Positions 29,280-38,470 of a stretch of DNA of 64,000 nt are shown here, one piece after another. This DNA comes from Planctomycetota bacterium (lineage in GTDB: Bacteria > Planctomycetota > MHYJ01 > WSZJ01). Position 1 is the stretch's first letter; each line of letters opens with the position of its first letter. The stretch is from assembly GCA_038060895.1 (NCBI GenBank), contig JBBTCT010000031.1, positions 127,145 to 191,144 on the forward strand, given 5' to 3'. A model generated the notes under the pieces. The model was not told where the DNA came from. It ran no database searches and saw nothing but the letters and a program-made list of their open reading frames with translations. Position numbers and translations under genes: made by a program.

Positions 29280-30983
29280 CTAAACAAGGTCCTGAGGCAG
29301 GAACTTTCCGATCTCCCTAGCGAGTCGCTTCTGCCTTGCAAGAATCGGTGCTCGTCCCCACTTGACGTGCTTCTTGGGAAGCTCCTTCGTTATTTCTAGC
29401 TCCGAAGCGAGGTACGACTTTTTCTTCTTAACGTAGAGGTGGTTTGATCCCTGTCGATTGAGGGGTCCAGCGATCAACGTCAGATTTCCGAGCATGTAGA
29501 CGAGTTTGTCGTGTTGAGGCAATCGTTTACCTGACGGAGGCTTCTGCGGGTAAATGTGTTCCACCTGGACCTTTGCACCGGAGGCAACGACGCGCAATTC
29601 GCCGGTAGAGTGTCGGCTCGTTTCGAGGGCGGTCAGGACGACGCGAGCGGCCTTGTTTCGCTTCGGAGGGAAGGCCAAGCGGTTGAGCTTCCGGCTGACC
29701 TCGTCGTTACTCGGGGAAAGCGCCCGTAAAATGCGAAGACCCGATTCAAGTTGGCGATCATCACTGATGGCTTTCGCGCAACCATACGCCGCAGATTCGA
29801 ATTTTCCTGGCTCCAGGCCGCAGATGACGTTGTGCCGAAGCGCGAGGCAGATCAAGGCCCGGGCGAGCTTACAGCACTCCTCCGCCTGCAGGGAATTGTG
29901 CGCAGCCAGAAGAGCGGGAAAGGACGACGTTGCTTTCACGTCGGAGAGATCGCGAGCCGCTTGGTCCACGGCGTCTACTCCGGTCCTGCCCTTGTGCAAG
30001 CTTTTTAGGTACGACGCGTCCCTCTCCAGATTACGCGAGTATTCGACCGCGCTCGTTTTCGATGAGGTAAGGTCGTCCTTGATTTCCTTGTAGAGCGCCC
30101 GAGTTTTCACGTCCCCGTGAGTGGACACCCAGGATGATCGAATCATTCCGTCAACGTTGCGTTCGCCGTGAGTCTCCGCGATGCGCGTCCATAGATTCAC
30201 GACTTCGCTGCGCGAAGAGAGCGGTCTTGGATTCGCCAGCAGCCAGCTGCGGAGCAGATCCGAAGTAGAAAGCGAGAGCCCACGCTCGTTCAATGTCTCA
30301 AAAATGGACGCAGCCTGATCGTGATCGTCAGAGATTATCGCAACAATACCGAAGTGTTTCGTGATAGCGCCCGAAAGTCGCAGGAGGCGACCCACCCTTG
30401 CCTCCTCAGTCTTCTCGCCAGCGAGCAACTCATCAATGAGCCCTCGAAGTCGCCGCCTCGCTCCGAGAATCAGCTTGTGAGAACGGTGAGAAGGCCGCAG
30501 CTTGGAATCCTCAAATCCCTCATCCTGAACAACTCGCTTGAAGAATTCGCGATCCGCAACGTTCAGTTCGAGCCTGTACGTTTTCGGTTGAGAGGGGTCG
30601 AGGCGGTCCTGGCCCGAGATGAAAGTATTTTGGATGTACTCCGCCGAGTCGTTCGCGTCGTTCTCGTCGTTTGCCCTGCTTCGAAGATTGTCTCGGAACA
30701 ACGCGAGTAGGATGGTCGCGGTAGCAAATCTCTGCTGACCATCCAGCACAAGGAGGTGGTCCCCGTTTTTCACCATGACCACTGTTCCGAGGAAGTACCC
30801 GGCGTTTCCATCAGGCTTTGGGTACTTCTTGTCGAAGCCGAGGAGATCCTCCCAAAAGTCAGTGACTTCCTTGGCCCTCCAGCTGAAATCCCGCTGGTAG
30901 TCTGGGACTCGAATGGGAAACTTCTTGTCACTCAGAGCGTCCCCGAGTGTCTTTTTCTCGGGCGTGTAACTCGTTGAAGACAT
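29280..30983 (-). CDS. DUF262-DUF1524 (GmrSD/SspE-like) endonuclease
   Basis: PDYQRDFSW, LDGQQR, FETLNERG; HNH-like VEHIYPQ..LGNLTL..N..SN. Confidence 0.88.
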   Translation of the reverse strand: MSSTSYTPEKKTLGDALSDKKFPIRVPDYQRDFSWRAKEVTDFWEDLLGFDKKYPKPDGNAGYFLGTVVMVKNGDHLLVLDGQQRFATATILLALFRDNLRSRANDENDANDSAEYIQNTFISGQDRLDPSQPKTYRLELNVADREFFKRVVQDEGFEDSKLRPSHRSHKLILGARRRLRGLIDELLAGEKTEEARVGRLLRLSGAITKHFGIVAIISDDHDQAASIFETLNERGLSLSTSDLLRSWLLANPRPLSSRSEVVNLWTRIAETHGERNVDGMIRSSWVSTHGDVKTRALYKEIKDDLTSSKTSAVEYSRNLERDASYLKSLHKGRTGVDAVDQAARDLSDVKATSSFPALLAAHNSLQAEECCKLARALICLALRHNVICGLEPGKFESAAYGCAKAISDDRQLESGLRILRALSPSNDEVSRKLNRLAFPPKRNKAARVVLTALETSRHSTGELRVVASGAKVQVEHIYPQKPPSGKRLPQHDKLVYMLGNLTLIAGPLNRQGSNHLYVKKKKSYLASELEITKELPKKHVKWGRAPILARQKRLAREIGKFLPQDLV

Positions 30984-31171
30984 CGCGCCATTTCCTCCGC
31001 GAAATTCCCCGCCGAAGTACTTACAACTCGGAAGCAAGAGTAGCGATGACCCAGCAGGGGGAACAAGCGAATTGGAGGCCCCGCCCTTAGAGCGAGGATT
31101 CCGGTTTGTCCGCTCGCGTCGAGCCCGGGGAGCCAGCGTGCCGCAATACCCGCTCAGGGGGATATCGCTCC

Positions 31172-31600
31172 CTACTCCTCCAACTTTTTTCGGGGGTCGA
31201 AGGCGAGCGGCTTCAGGATCGCCTTGTCGCGAAGTCGAGTAGCTACGGTCTTGACCTCCGTCTTGGTCAACGCGCTGAAATCGACGAGCGCGTGCGCAGG
31301 ATCGACAACGGGAGCGGTTTCAGGGTCCTCGTATACCGAAAGCTGTTGGTCGGCGAAGTCTTGGACCGCAAGATCGACCACGCCGTCGGAAGGTCTCCCT
31401 TTCTTCCCGGTGTAGAGAGCGTGAGCCTCCTTGGCCGTCGTCAGCGAGCCGCGCGATACAGACAGCATCCCCTCGTCCTCGGTGCCGGGGCGAAATGCTT
31501 GACTAGAGATAGTGCCAGGCACGAAGAACTTAGGATGAATCTGACGAAACAGCGACTCCGCCGCCTCGGTCAGCCGAGGCTTACCCGTGAGCTGGTCCAA
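31172..31600 (-). CDS. Putative ADP-ribosyltransferase-fold toxin/effector
   Basis: GGAGG RBS plus TTG start; LFRQIHP, SSQAF, LSV and DPAHALV motif order. Confidence 0.5.
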   Translation of the reverse strand: MDQLTGKPRLTEAAESLFRQIHPKFFVPGTISSQAFRPGTEDEGMLSVSRGSLTTAKEAHALYTGKKGRPSDGVVDLAVQDFADQQLSVYEDPETAPVVDPAHALVDFSALTKTEVKTVATRLRDKAILKPLAFDPRKKLEE

Positions 31601-31603
31601 GTC

Positions 31604-33028
31604 CTAGCCTCCCGTGACCAGCGAATCGAAGAATCGCGAGAACTCCGAGCCAACAGAGGGTGAATCCAAGTTGAGTTCCACATCCTTGGCCCCTGCGTTC
31701 TTCTTGCTGACGGCTAACAAGCTCGCATGGTGAGCCGCGTGGTCGAACTCAGCTTCCACACTCCAGGAGCCTAGGCTCCACTCCGCTTGAATGTTTCCTT
31801 CCGGAGTTGGAAAGAGATGCGGCGTCGGGAGCCCCGAGCCAATGATGACTTTGGCGTAGACTCGCACGAACCACGCTAGCCCCTGCGCGCTCAAGTGCTT
31901 CCCGCCGGGGCCGAGCCAGCCGTCCTTCAGTTCTGAAAGTTCTCGGAGTCTCTCAGCCGAAGAAGCAAAGGCTCCACCCTTCTTGTCCCGTAGCATCGCA
32001 AGCTGAGCCTCGAAATCCGCCGTGCTGAAAATGTCTTCGATTTCCGACCATTGCTTGAGGTAGTACCGGTTGCCCCGGATTGCGCTCTCGTGCCGCCGGA
32101 GCCAATCGAGTTCCATCCGCGCGTCCTCCAGCCGACCGTCCTCGATAGCGACTGAGGCGGCCATAAGGTGCGGCGGGACTTCGGTACCGTGCTCCCGGAT
32201 CGCCTCATCAGCGAATCGGCGAGCTTCAACGCGCTCTCCGAGGTCGCTATACAGGATGGTAAGCAAGACGCGGGCATGAAGGAGGTGGGGCTCGTCCGAC
32301 TTCTTGTCGGGCTTCGCTGCGTCCAAAGCTCGCCTGAGAATTTCGGCCGCTTTCCGGTTTTGCTTCGCGTCGAGATAAATAAACGCCATCCCGCAAGACG
32401 CCCCCAGATCGCGTGGCCAGAGTTGAAGAATCCGTTGTAGGAGTTCGACACTCCGCCCACGGTTTCCACTGTTGTTGGCCGCGAGAGCAAGATTGAAGAG
32501 CGCCTGCCGACTGTCGGGGACCTTTGCGAGAATCGCGTTGAAGTACGACTCGGCCTCGGCGAATCGCCCGAGCTTCGCAAACATCACGCCTACCTCGTTC
32601 AACAGCTGCAGATCGTTCGGATACGCTCGGAGTAGTCGCAACGCCCTCTCAACTACAGGAGGGAACTGCTGCGGCTCCAGGGAAATACTCGAAAGGTCAA
32701 TCGAGCGAGGGCTCCGAACGACAAGCTTCTGCCCGACAAGTGGTTCTTTTCGCCAAGCCACCCGATTCTTGAGCCGAGACTGTTCGATCATCAATTGTTC
32801 GCGAACGAATTTTCCTGGATCGAGATTGGAGTACTTCCACGCTCCCGGAAAATCCTGTTTCGCAATCGGCGGCTCGTAGTTCGGCCTGACTCGAACCAAG
32901 GGTTCCGGTGCTTGAACAAATTCTGCAGCTGGAGGAGCCATTCTCAACAGCATCCATTTATTCTCCCAAGGATGTCTCGTGCCCGCAACGCCGGGCTTCA
33001 TCCAGTCCTTCGCGGCGCGTGGAGGCAT
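31604..33028 (-). CDS. TPR protein with a C-terminal putative antitoxin domain
   Basis: About 5-6 TPR-like helical pairs; C-terminal RLRELSELKDGW..LPTPHLFPTPEGNIQAEW. Confidence 0.65.
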   Translation of the reverse strand: MPPRAAKDWMKPGVAGTRHPWENKWMLLRMAPPAAEFVQAPEPLVRVRPNYEPPIAKQDFPGAWKYSNLDPGKFVREQLMIEQSRLKNRVAWRKEPLVGQKLVVRSPRSIDLSSISLEPQQFPPVVERALRLLRAYPNDLQLLNEVGVMFAKLGRFAEAESYFNAILAKVPDSRQALFNLALAANNSGNRGRSVELLQRILQLWPRDLGASCGMAFIYLDAKQNRKAAEILRRALDAAKPDKKSDEPHLLHARVLLTILYSDLGERVEARRFADEAIREHGTEVPPHLMAASVAIEDGRLEDARMELDWLRRHESAIRGNRYYLKQWSEIEDIFSTADFEAQLAMLRDKKGGAFASSAERLRELSELKDGWLGPGGKHLSAQGLAWFVRVYAKVIIGSGLPTPHLFPTPEGNIQAEWSLGSWSVEAEFDHAAHHASLLAVSKKNAGAKDVELNLDSPSVGSEFSRFFDSLVTGG

Positions 33029-33070
33029 CGCTTTCGGTAGGGCGCGGCAGGGACAGATTTGACAGCGCTG

Positions 33071-33304
33071 TCAAAGCGCCCTGCCTTTCAGGACGGCGCT
33101 GAGTGAATCCCAGGTTACACGGATTCGACTGTTCGAACCGGCCCCCCGAAATCCGAGTAGCTTCCCGGCTCTCAGCATCCGGCGGACGACCTTTCGATTC
33201 ATCCCCAGCGCCCGACAGGTCTCCGGCAGACTGAGCGACAACGGGGGGCGATCTTGGCCCAGGTTGGGAGACCTTGGGGGAGAGAGATCGTTTCCGAGGT
33301 TCAT
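33071..33304 (-). CDS. HTH_17/excisionase-like protein
   Basis: LSLPETCRALGMNRKVVRRMLRAGKL; TGATG overlap. Confidence 0.65.
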   Translation of the reverse strand: MNLGNDLSPPRSPNLGQDRPPLSLSLPETCRALGMNRKVVRRMLRAGKLLGFRGAGSNSRIRVTWDSLSAVLKGRAL

Positions 33305-33522
33305 CAGAGCCACCGCCGCTTCACGAACTCATTGAGCGTCTGAGCGAAGACCATGATCCGCCCGGGACTCGTCCGGGCGCGGTTTTCCATCGGTCCGGAG
33401 GCGCGAAACGCCCCCAAGTATCCAAGCTTGATCCACCTCCGGACGGTTTTGTGATGGACATTGAGCAACCTTGCTACCTCTCGGATCGGAAGACCAAGGC
33501 CAGTCCGTTCATGCTCGTTCAT
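33304..33522 (-). CDS. HTH_17/MerR-like DNA-binding protein
   Basis: IREVARLLNVHHKTVRRWIKLGYL; start uncertain. Confidence 0.65.
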   Translation of the reverse strand: MNEHERTGLGLPIREVARLLNVHHKTVRRWIKLGYLGAFRASGPMENRARTSPGRIMVFAQTLNEFVKRRWL

Positions 33523-33592
33523 GCTTGCCACCTGAAATACGTTCTTTTTGGCGCGGGAGCCTTCACGGGCTCCGAAATCGCGGTTTTTGGCT

Positions 33593-34066
33593 CTACGGTT
33601 GACCCCAAGGAATGCGTCCGGCCCTGCGTCGGACATGCCCCCGTTGCCTGCGCTGATGCGAGAGCGCCAGTAGGACAAGCCAAGTTCCGAGCTTCATGGC
33701 GTGGAGATAACGTCGGGTCTCGATCTTGAGCAGCGCCATCGCTTGCTTCTCTGGAAGCCCCTCGGCAACTCGCTCGGCGAAGCTCTTCGGTGTGCGTTCT
33801 AGGTCCCTCTCGATGGAACGGCGGAGACTCGGCATGAGGTCGCGGAAGCAGTCCGATCCGAAGAGCCGCCTAGCGTTCTCCGCACAGTGGCGGCCCAGCT
33901 CGTCTATCGCGTCTTCGATGGACTCAAGTTCCATCCGAACGAATCGCGGAGACTCCGGCGGGGGTAGGGGTGCCGGAGGCGGCAAGGCAGGGGAAGGCCA
34001 AATCCCCTCTACGAAGCGCCGGAGACAATCACCCTCGAATTGATGCCGCAGGTCAACGCGGTTCAT
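33593..34066 (-). CDS. Hypothetical protein (element backbone)
   Basis: In a tightly overlapping minus-strand operon. Confidence 0.45.
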   Translation of the reverse strand: MNRVDLRHQFEGDCLRRFVEGIWPSPALPPPAPLPPPESPRFVRMELESIEDAIDELGRHCAENARRLFGSDCFRDLMPSLRRSIERDLERTPKSFAERVAEGLPEKQAMALLKIETRRYLHAMKLGTWLVLLALSHQRRQRGHVRRRAGRIPWGQP

Positions 34067-34289
34067 TCCTGCCCCTCCTGCGGCGCGTCCACGGGCACCA
34101 TTTCCCCGCGACTTGCTCTTCCACGAAGACGCGAACGGCCCGCATCGGTAGCCGGATGAGGTAGCCAACGCGGACGTGAGGGAGCTTGCCCGCGCGGACA
34201 AGCCGGTAGACCGTTTTCACGTCGCAGGAAAAGAGCGCGGCGACGGTGCGCGGACTGGCGAAGGCTTCACGCCATGGGTCTCCGTTCAT
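34053..34289 (-). CDS. HTH_17/excisionase-like protein
   Basis: SPRTVAALFSCDVKTVYRLVRAGKLPHVRVGYLIR. Confidence 0.7.
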   Translation of the reverse strand: MNGDPWREAFASPRTVAALFSCDVKTVYRLVRAGKLPHVRVGYLIRLPMRAVRVFVEEQVAGKWCPWTRRRRGRNEPR

Positions 34290-34558
34290 TTCTGCCCTCC
34301 GGCCAAGGGGGACGTAGGCGGGCGCGTTGGGATGTATTGCCCTGGCACCTCCGCGCGAATTTTCTCCGCTGGCGAGTCGAGCCCCGGCGAGCGCGTCCAA
34401 AGGATGAAGTCCACGATTCCGGCCTTGTGGCGAAGTAGCAGCGCCAGCACGTCGGGAGTGACGATGCCCGGCGGAGCGGCCCACGCGAGCCCGGACGCGG
34501 CCACGGAGAGCCGGACCCCGGCGGAGTAGAGGTCGGCCATGAGGTCGGGAACGCTCAC
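34286..34558 (-). CDS. TubC-N docking-domain-like small protein
   Basis: LMADLYSAGVRLSV..LAWAAPPGIVTPDVLALLLRHK. Confidence 0.6.
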   Translation of the reverse strand: MSVPDLMADLYSAGVRLSVAASGLAWAAPPGIVTPDVLALLLRHKAGIVDFILWTRSPGLDSPAEKIRAEVPGQYIPTRPPTSPLAGGQK

Positions 34559-36642
34559 AGGACGCCTCCTTCCTCCGCATACTTCCCGTTTTCCGAAAAC
34601 TCGGAAGTATGGGGAGGTACTTCCGTACTTCCCGGTTTCCTACCGGGGGGAAAGTCGGAAGTAGGAAGTTCCCACACGACGCGGCTTCCTTCGCCAGCCC
34701 CTTCCCGCCGGTCCCGGCCCCCGAGTCGCTTGAGGGCTTCGCGTAGCGCATCATCGGAGAAGCCAAGCCTTGAGCCTGCGGCGACTACCTCGACGGAGTG
34801 AACCGGCCCCCCGGCGAGCTTATCCTTCATGAATGCATCCGCCCGAGCGTGTTTGTCCGCTCGCGTCTCTTTCCCGCCCTTCGCGTCCGCCGCGACGATT
34901 TCCTCCGCCGTCACGTCCACCGTGCCGGGCAGCCATTCGGCGAACGGAATTTCGCCGAGGTCCGGGCGGTCGGGGAGCGTCTTCGTCGCGATGCGATAGG
35001 CGCGGGTCTTCGGCTTCTTCGCGAGGTTGATCTTCGCCATTGCGACAAGCCGCCGGGTGGGGTCTTCCCGATCTTCGGCCACCAAGACGACGGAGCGCGG
35101 CGCATTTCCGAATGCTCCCGAGCCGGAGGCGGCGTACACGGCCTTCGTAATCGCGCCCTTGGGAGGGTGAGTGATGAAGAGAAGGACAGCGCCCGATTTC
35201 GCGGCGAATTCCGAACAGGCAACGAGAGCGGCGCGAACCTCGGCGTTGTTGTGGCTGTCCACGTCACCCAGGTACGCGGACACGGGGTCAACGACGACAA
35301 GCCGCAAGTCTCCCAACGCCCGAGCCGATTTCGTCAGGTCTTCCACGTCGGCGAGGGTGAAGGCGCGAGTCTTCCCGTCAGGACGTTTGACCATCTGAAG
35401 GAAATTGACGCGAGCGAGGTCCGCTCCCGCCGCCATGAGACGGGGAATCAGCGTGTCGCCGGGATCGTCTTCGGCGCTGATGATGATGACGGAGCCCAAC
35501 GGGGCGAAACCGGAGCCGTCCGGCCACTCCGCGCCTTTCGTGATCCGGGCGGCGAGGTCACACAGAAGCATCGTCTTCCCGAGCCCGGCGAGCCCTACCC
35601 ATATGGCGGGCTTGCCGGACGGAATCCAGCCCGGCCACGTCCACGCGAGTGGTTTGGCGGGGATGGAATCGGCGCGGAGAAGGACGGGCTCCGTCCCGGT
35701 CTGCGTCTCGGGAGGCGCTTCGCCTCCGGCGTCGAACAGCGCCGTCAATTCGCCGACGATTCCTTCGTCGGAGGAGCCGGTCTTCCTCCGCCATTCGATC
35801 CAATCCACCACGTCCGCCCCTCCGCCGAGCCCCGCGATTCCCGGTAGCCGGACGATGCGCGAGCGAGCTGGGGGCGAGAGTTTCGATAGCCGGTTCGCTA
35901 CATCTAGGGCAAGGGCTTCGCCGGGCTTGTCGGCATCCGGGAGAATCCGCACGTCCCGGCCAGCGAGCGGGGCGAAGTCGGACTTGTCGGCGGCATTCGC
36001 TCCGTGCGCGTTCGTCGTCACGGTGAAGCCGAGAGCAGCAAGAGCTTCGGCGCACTTCTCCCCTTCGACGTAGACGACAAGCCGCGACTTTCCGAGCAGA
36101 GGGAGCCGGTAGAGCGGCAGCGGCGCGGGCGGATCGCCGACGCGCCAGCCGTCCACATCACGGCGCACGGGCCGGTATTCCTTCGTGCTGAAGGGCATTC
36201 CATCGTCGCCTGTCTTCGTCACGTTGAAGCGCAATACGGCGAAGAGTTCGGAGCCGTCCGCCCGGTGGTAAGTCCAGCGCCCGGCCTCCGGGCCTTCGAT
36301 GCGTTTCGAGAGCGCGAGCGCGGCGGCGTCGAGCGAGCCGTAGCACGGGGCGGGCGACTTGATCGGCGCGGCGGAGCGTGGAGCCGTCGAGCCGTTCGCG
36401 CCTTCGGGCTTCCAGCCGAGCCGAGCGCGAAGAGCCGAGCCCTTGCCGGTCGCTTCGGAGCAGGAGCAGGCGGAGGCATCCTTCGCCACGTCGAATCCGA
36501 ATGACGGCGACTTATCCTCGTGATCCGGGAGCGGACAACGCCCTATCACTTTGTCCCCTACGCGGCGGCGGGAGCCCTTTGAATCGTCGGCGAGCAGGTA
36601 ATCGGCGAAGGCTTCGGCCTCCGCCCTGAAATCGCGGGTCAC
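34555..36642 (-). CDS. Primase-helicase (Zn finger, Toprim, AAA_25/RepA-like helicase)
   Basis: CPLPDHED..CSC, VEGEKC, DADKPG, GLAGLGKT, VVVDP, ITHPPK. Confidence 0.88.
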   Translation of the reverse strand: MTRDFRAEAEAFADYLLADDSKGSRRRVGDKVIGRCPLPDHEDKSPSFGFDVAKDASACSCSEATGKGSALRARLGWKPEGANGSTAPRSAAPIKSPAPCYGSLDAAALALSKRIEGPEAGRWTYHRADGSELFAVLRFNVTKTGDDGMPFSTKEYRPVRRDVDGWRVGDPPAPLPLYRLPLLGKSRLVVYVEGEKCAEALAALGFTVTTNAHGANAADKSDFAPLAGRDVRILPDADKPGEALALDVANRLSKLSPPARSRIVRLPGIAGLGGGADVVDWIEWRRKTGSSDEGIVGELTALFDAGGEAPPETQTGTEPVLLRADSIPAKPLAWTWPGWIPSGKPAIWVGLAGLGKTMLLCDLAARITKGAEWPDGSGFAPLGSVIIISAEDDPGDTLIPRLMAAGADLARVNFLQMVKRPDGKTRAFTLADVEDLTKSARALGDLRLVVVDPVSAYLGDVDSHNNAEVRAALVACSEFAAKSGAVLLFITHPPKGAITKAVYAASGSGAFGNAPRSVVLVAEDREDPTRRLVAMAKINLAKKPKTRAYRIATKTLPDRPDLGEIPFAEWLPGTVDVTAEEIVAADAKGGKETRADKHARADAFMKDKLAGGPVHSVEVVAAGSRLGFSDDALREALKRLGGRDRREGAGEGSRVVWELPTSDFPPGRKPGSTEVPPHTSEFSENGKYAEEGGVL
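34580..34670. repeat. Iteron-like repeats (putative element origin)
   Basis: TACTTCC/GGAAGTA at 34580, 34603, 34618, 34626, 34657 and a near copy at 34664. Confidence 0.6.
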
Positions 36643-36905
36643 TTGTTTCCGCCTTCCTTCGGGCGGGGACGAAGGAGCGCGAGGAATTCCGGCTTTGGCA
36701 CAAGGGGATTCGAGCGGGCCGCGCGAGAAGGCAGCGACGGGACGGCGAACCCTTCGAGCGCGCGTTCAAGTTCGGACTCCGCGAGCCGCCAGCATCGTCC
36801 GATTCGAAGTGCGCGGCCCAACTCGCCACGGCGAAGCATCGTCCGCACGTTTACGGGGTGCAGTTGGAGACGCGCCGCGAGGTCGGCGACCGTGAGCAGG
36901 TTCAT
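36639..36905 (-). CDS. HTH_17/AlpA-like protein
   Basis: LLTVADLAARLQLHPVNVRTMLRRGEL..IGRCWRL. Confidence 0.7.
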   Translation of the reverse strand: MNLLTVADLAARLQLHPVNVRTMLRRGELGRALRIGRCWRLAESELERALEGFAVPSLPSRAARSNPLVPKPEFLALLRPRPKEGGNK

Positions 36906-37114
36906 TTGTCCCACCCCCGCGCCCGATCCTCCTCCGCGATGATCGCCCGGACCTGTTCGATGGCTTCTGACGGCCAGATGCGCGTGATGCCAGCCCGGAA
37001 ACAGGCCGCGAGTCGGTCGCGGTACTCGAATACGACGCGCTCTCCCCGTGCCCGAGTGATGCCGATTGACCGGCATATTTCAGGGAGCGTTACTCCCGGC
37101 TTCGCTTCGTTCAT
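36902..37114 (-). CDS. Small putative HTH protein
   Basis: GGAGG RBS; VTLPEICRSIGIT; overlaps the next gene. Confidence 0.5.
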   Translation of the reverse strand: MNEAKPGVTLPEICRSIGITRARGERVVFEYRDRLAACFRAGITRIWPSEAIEQVRAIIAEEDRARGWDK

Positions 37115-37229
37115 TCAGCCTCCAAGCGACGGCGCTGTTGCAGTCATCGCCGTACACTTGGGGACAGGGCTTCCGGCCCTTGCGGGCTAGGAATTCCAGG
37201 AATTCCACGAATTCCAGATTTGCCAGCGG

Positions 37230-38180
37230 CTATGGCTTGGAACGAGGCGGCCGCTTCACGGTCAGCCCCTTCGAGTCGCCTTCGAAGTAGGTCTCTCCGG
37301 GCTTGGGCGGCTTCTTCTCGCGCGGCTTCTTGGGCGGGGTCGGAACGTCGTTGTCTCCCTGCGTCTTCCCAAAGTTGGGCAATTCGCGCTTGGCCCATTC
37401 GAGCAGGGGGGTCCGGTCCGCAGTCGGAGGACGCCTAAGACCCCCAAAGATGATCGGGCAGTCCTTCGTCGTCTGAGCCCACTTCGCGAACTTCTTCCAG
37501 GATCGTCCCTTGAGCCCGAGGACTCCGAGAATCTCTTTCGAGCCGAACAAGCGGTCATTCGGAGGCAGGGCATCCGGTTTCTTCTCGGAGAAGCCTTCAA
37601 CGCGCGGCCACGGATCGGCCTCGACTGGAGCCGAATCTAGTGCCCCCTTCAGTGTCGCTATGGCATCGTCCTTATCGCCCCCTACAACCGTCACCTTCCC
37701 CGTTTCGATGAGCCCGGCAATTTCCGCCTGTTGGTCGAGTCTCCGAGTCTCGGCTAGGTGTAACAACCCGATCAGATCGGCGTATCCCCCCCAGCGTTCG
37801 CTCCTCTCTCGCTTCTGGTTCCAAAGACACACGGTCGCCCAAGTGTGATAGGGACGGAAGAGAACGTCGGGATTTGCGCCCGCGTCCAACAGAACGCCGA
37901 TCTCCCGCGAGCGGTACAACTCGGGGAAATACTGCTTCACGAATTCTCGGTAGTCGCGCCATTCTTCCGACGCCGGGCGGACGGGCGCTTCTGTCTTGTA
38001 ACTGGCCGAGCCCGGCTTTCTCATCCGCGCGAAATCGGCTTGCATCTTTAGCGATGCGGCGGTGGGCGGTTGGCGTCGAAGAATCTCGGAGTACCTGTCA
38101 AACGCAAGCAACTGATCGTCGTCGGGCGAGCTTGGCGGGGCAGGCAGGCGAAGCGCAATCAGGTCGGATGAAGGGTTCAC
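37230..38180 (-). CDS. Hypothetical protein with a possible C-terminal winged HTH
   Basis: GGAGG RBS; GSKEILGVLG..DCPI..RTPLLEW. Confidence 0.5.
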   Translation of the reverse strand: MNPSSDLIALRLPAPPSSPDDDQLLAFDRYSEILRRQPPTAASLKMQADFARMRKPGSASYKTEAPVRPASEEWRDYREFVKQYFPELYRSREIGVLLDAGANPDVLFRPYHTWATVCLWNQKRERSERWGGYADLIGLLHLAETRRLDQQAEIAGLIETGKVTVVGGDKDDAIATLKGALDSAPVEADPWPRVEGFSEKKPDALPPNDRLFGSKEILGVLGLKGRSWKKFAKWAQTTKDCPIIFGGLRRPPTADRTPLLEWAKRELPNFGKTQGDNDVPTPPKKPREKKPPKPGETYFEGDSKGLTVKRPPRSKP

Positions 38181-38398
38181 GGGTCAACCTCCCGCAAGAG
38201 AGCGGGAGCGGGGCCGGGTTGAGCGGCCCCGCGTCCCGCGAAAAGAGCGCGGCCCGTCGGCCACGCCAGCGTGTCAGTTTAGGCGAGCGGTCCCGCAATG
38301 GAAGCGGGAACCTTGGCCCCCTTCTAGGCCCCACATGGCCCCAGATTTCAGAGTCCGAGCCACGTCGAGCCACTTCACGTCCGCACTATGAAAACCGA

Positions 38399-38470
38399 TG
38401 GGCAGACCGGGGGTCGAACCCGGGACTCCTGGATTTTCAATCCAGAGCTCTACCACTGAGCTATCTGCCC
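38399..38470 (-). tRNA. tRNA-Phe(GAA)
   Basis: Cloverleaf GGGCAGA..TCTGCCC-A; anticodon arm CTGGA-TTGAAAA-TCCAG; GTTCGA T-loop. Confidence 0.97.

Larger units (their letters stand above)
25906..38442. mobile_element. Integrative element at tRNA-Phe (phage-satellite/IME-like, 12.5 kb)
   Basis: 46-bp direct repeats at both ends; integrase, primase-helicase, HTH genes and lower-GC cargo. Confidence 0.9.

Noticed and set aside
25906-38442. Prophage or ICE call
   Set aside because: No capsid, terminase, tail, lysis, relaxase or T4SS genes recognised
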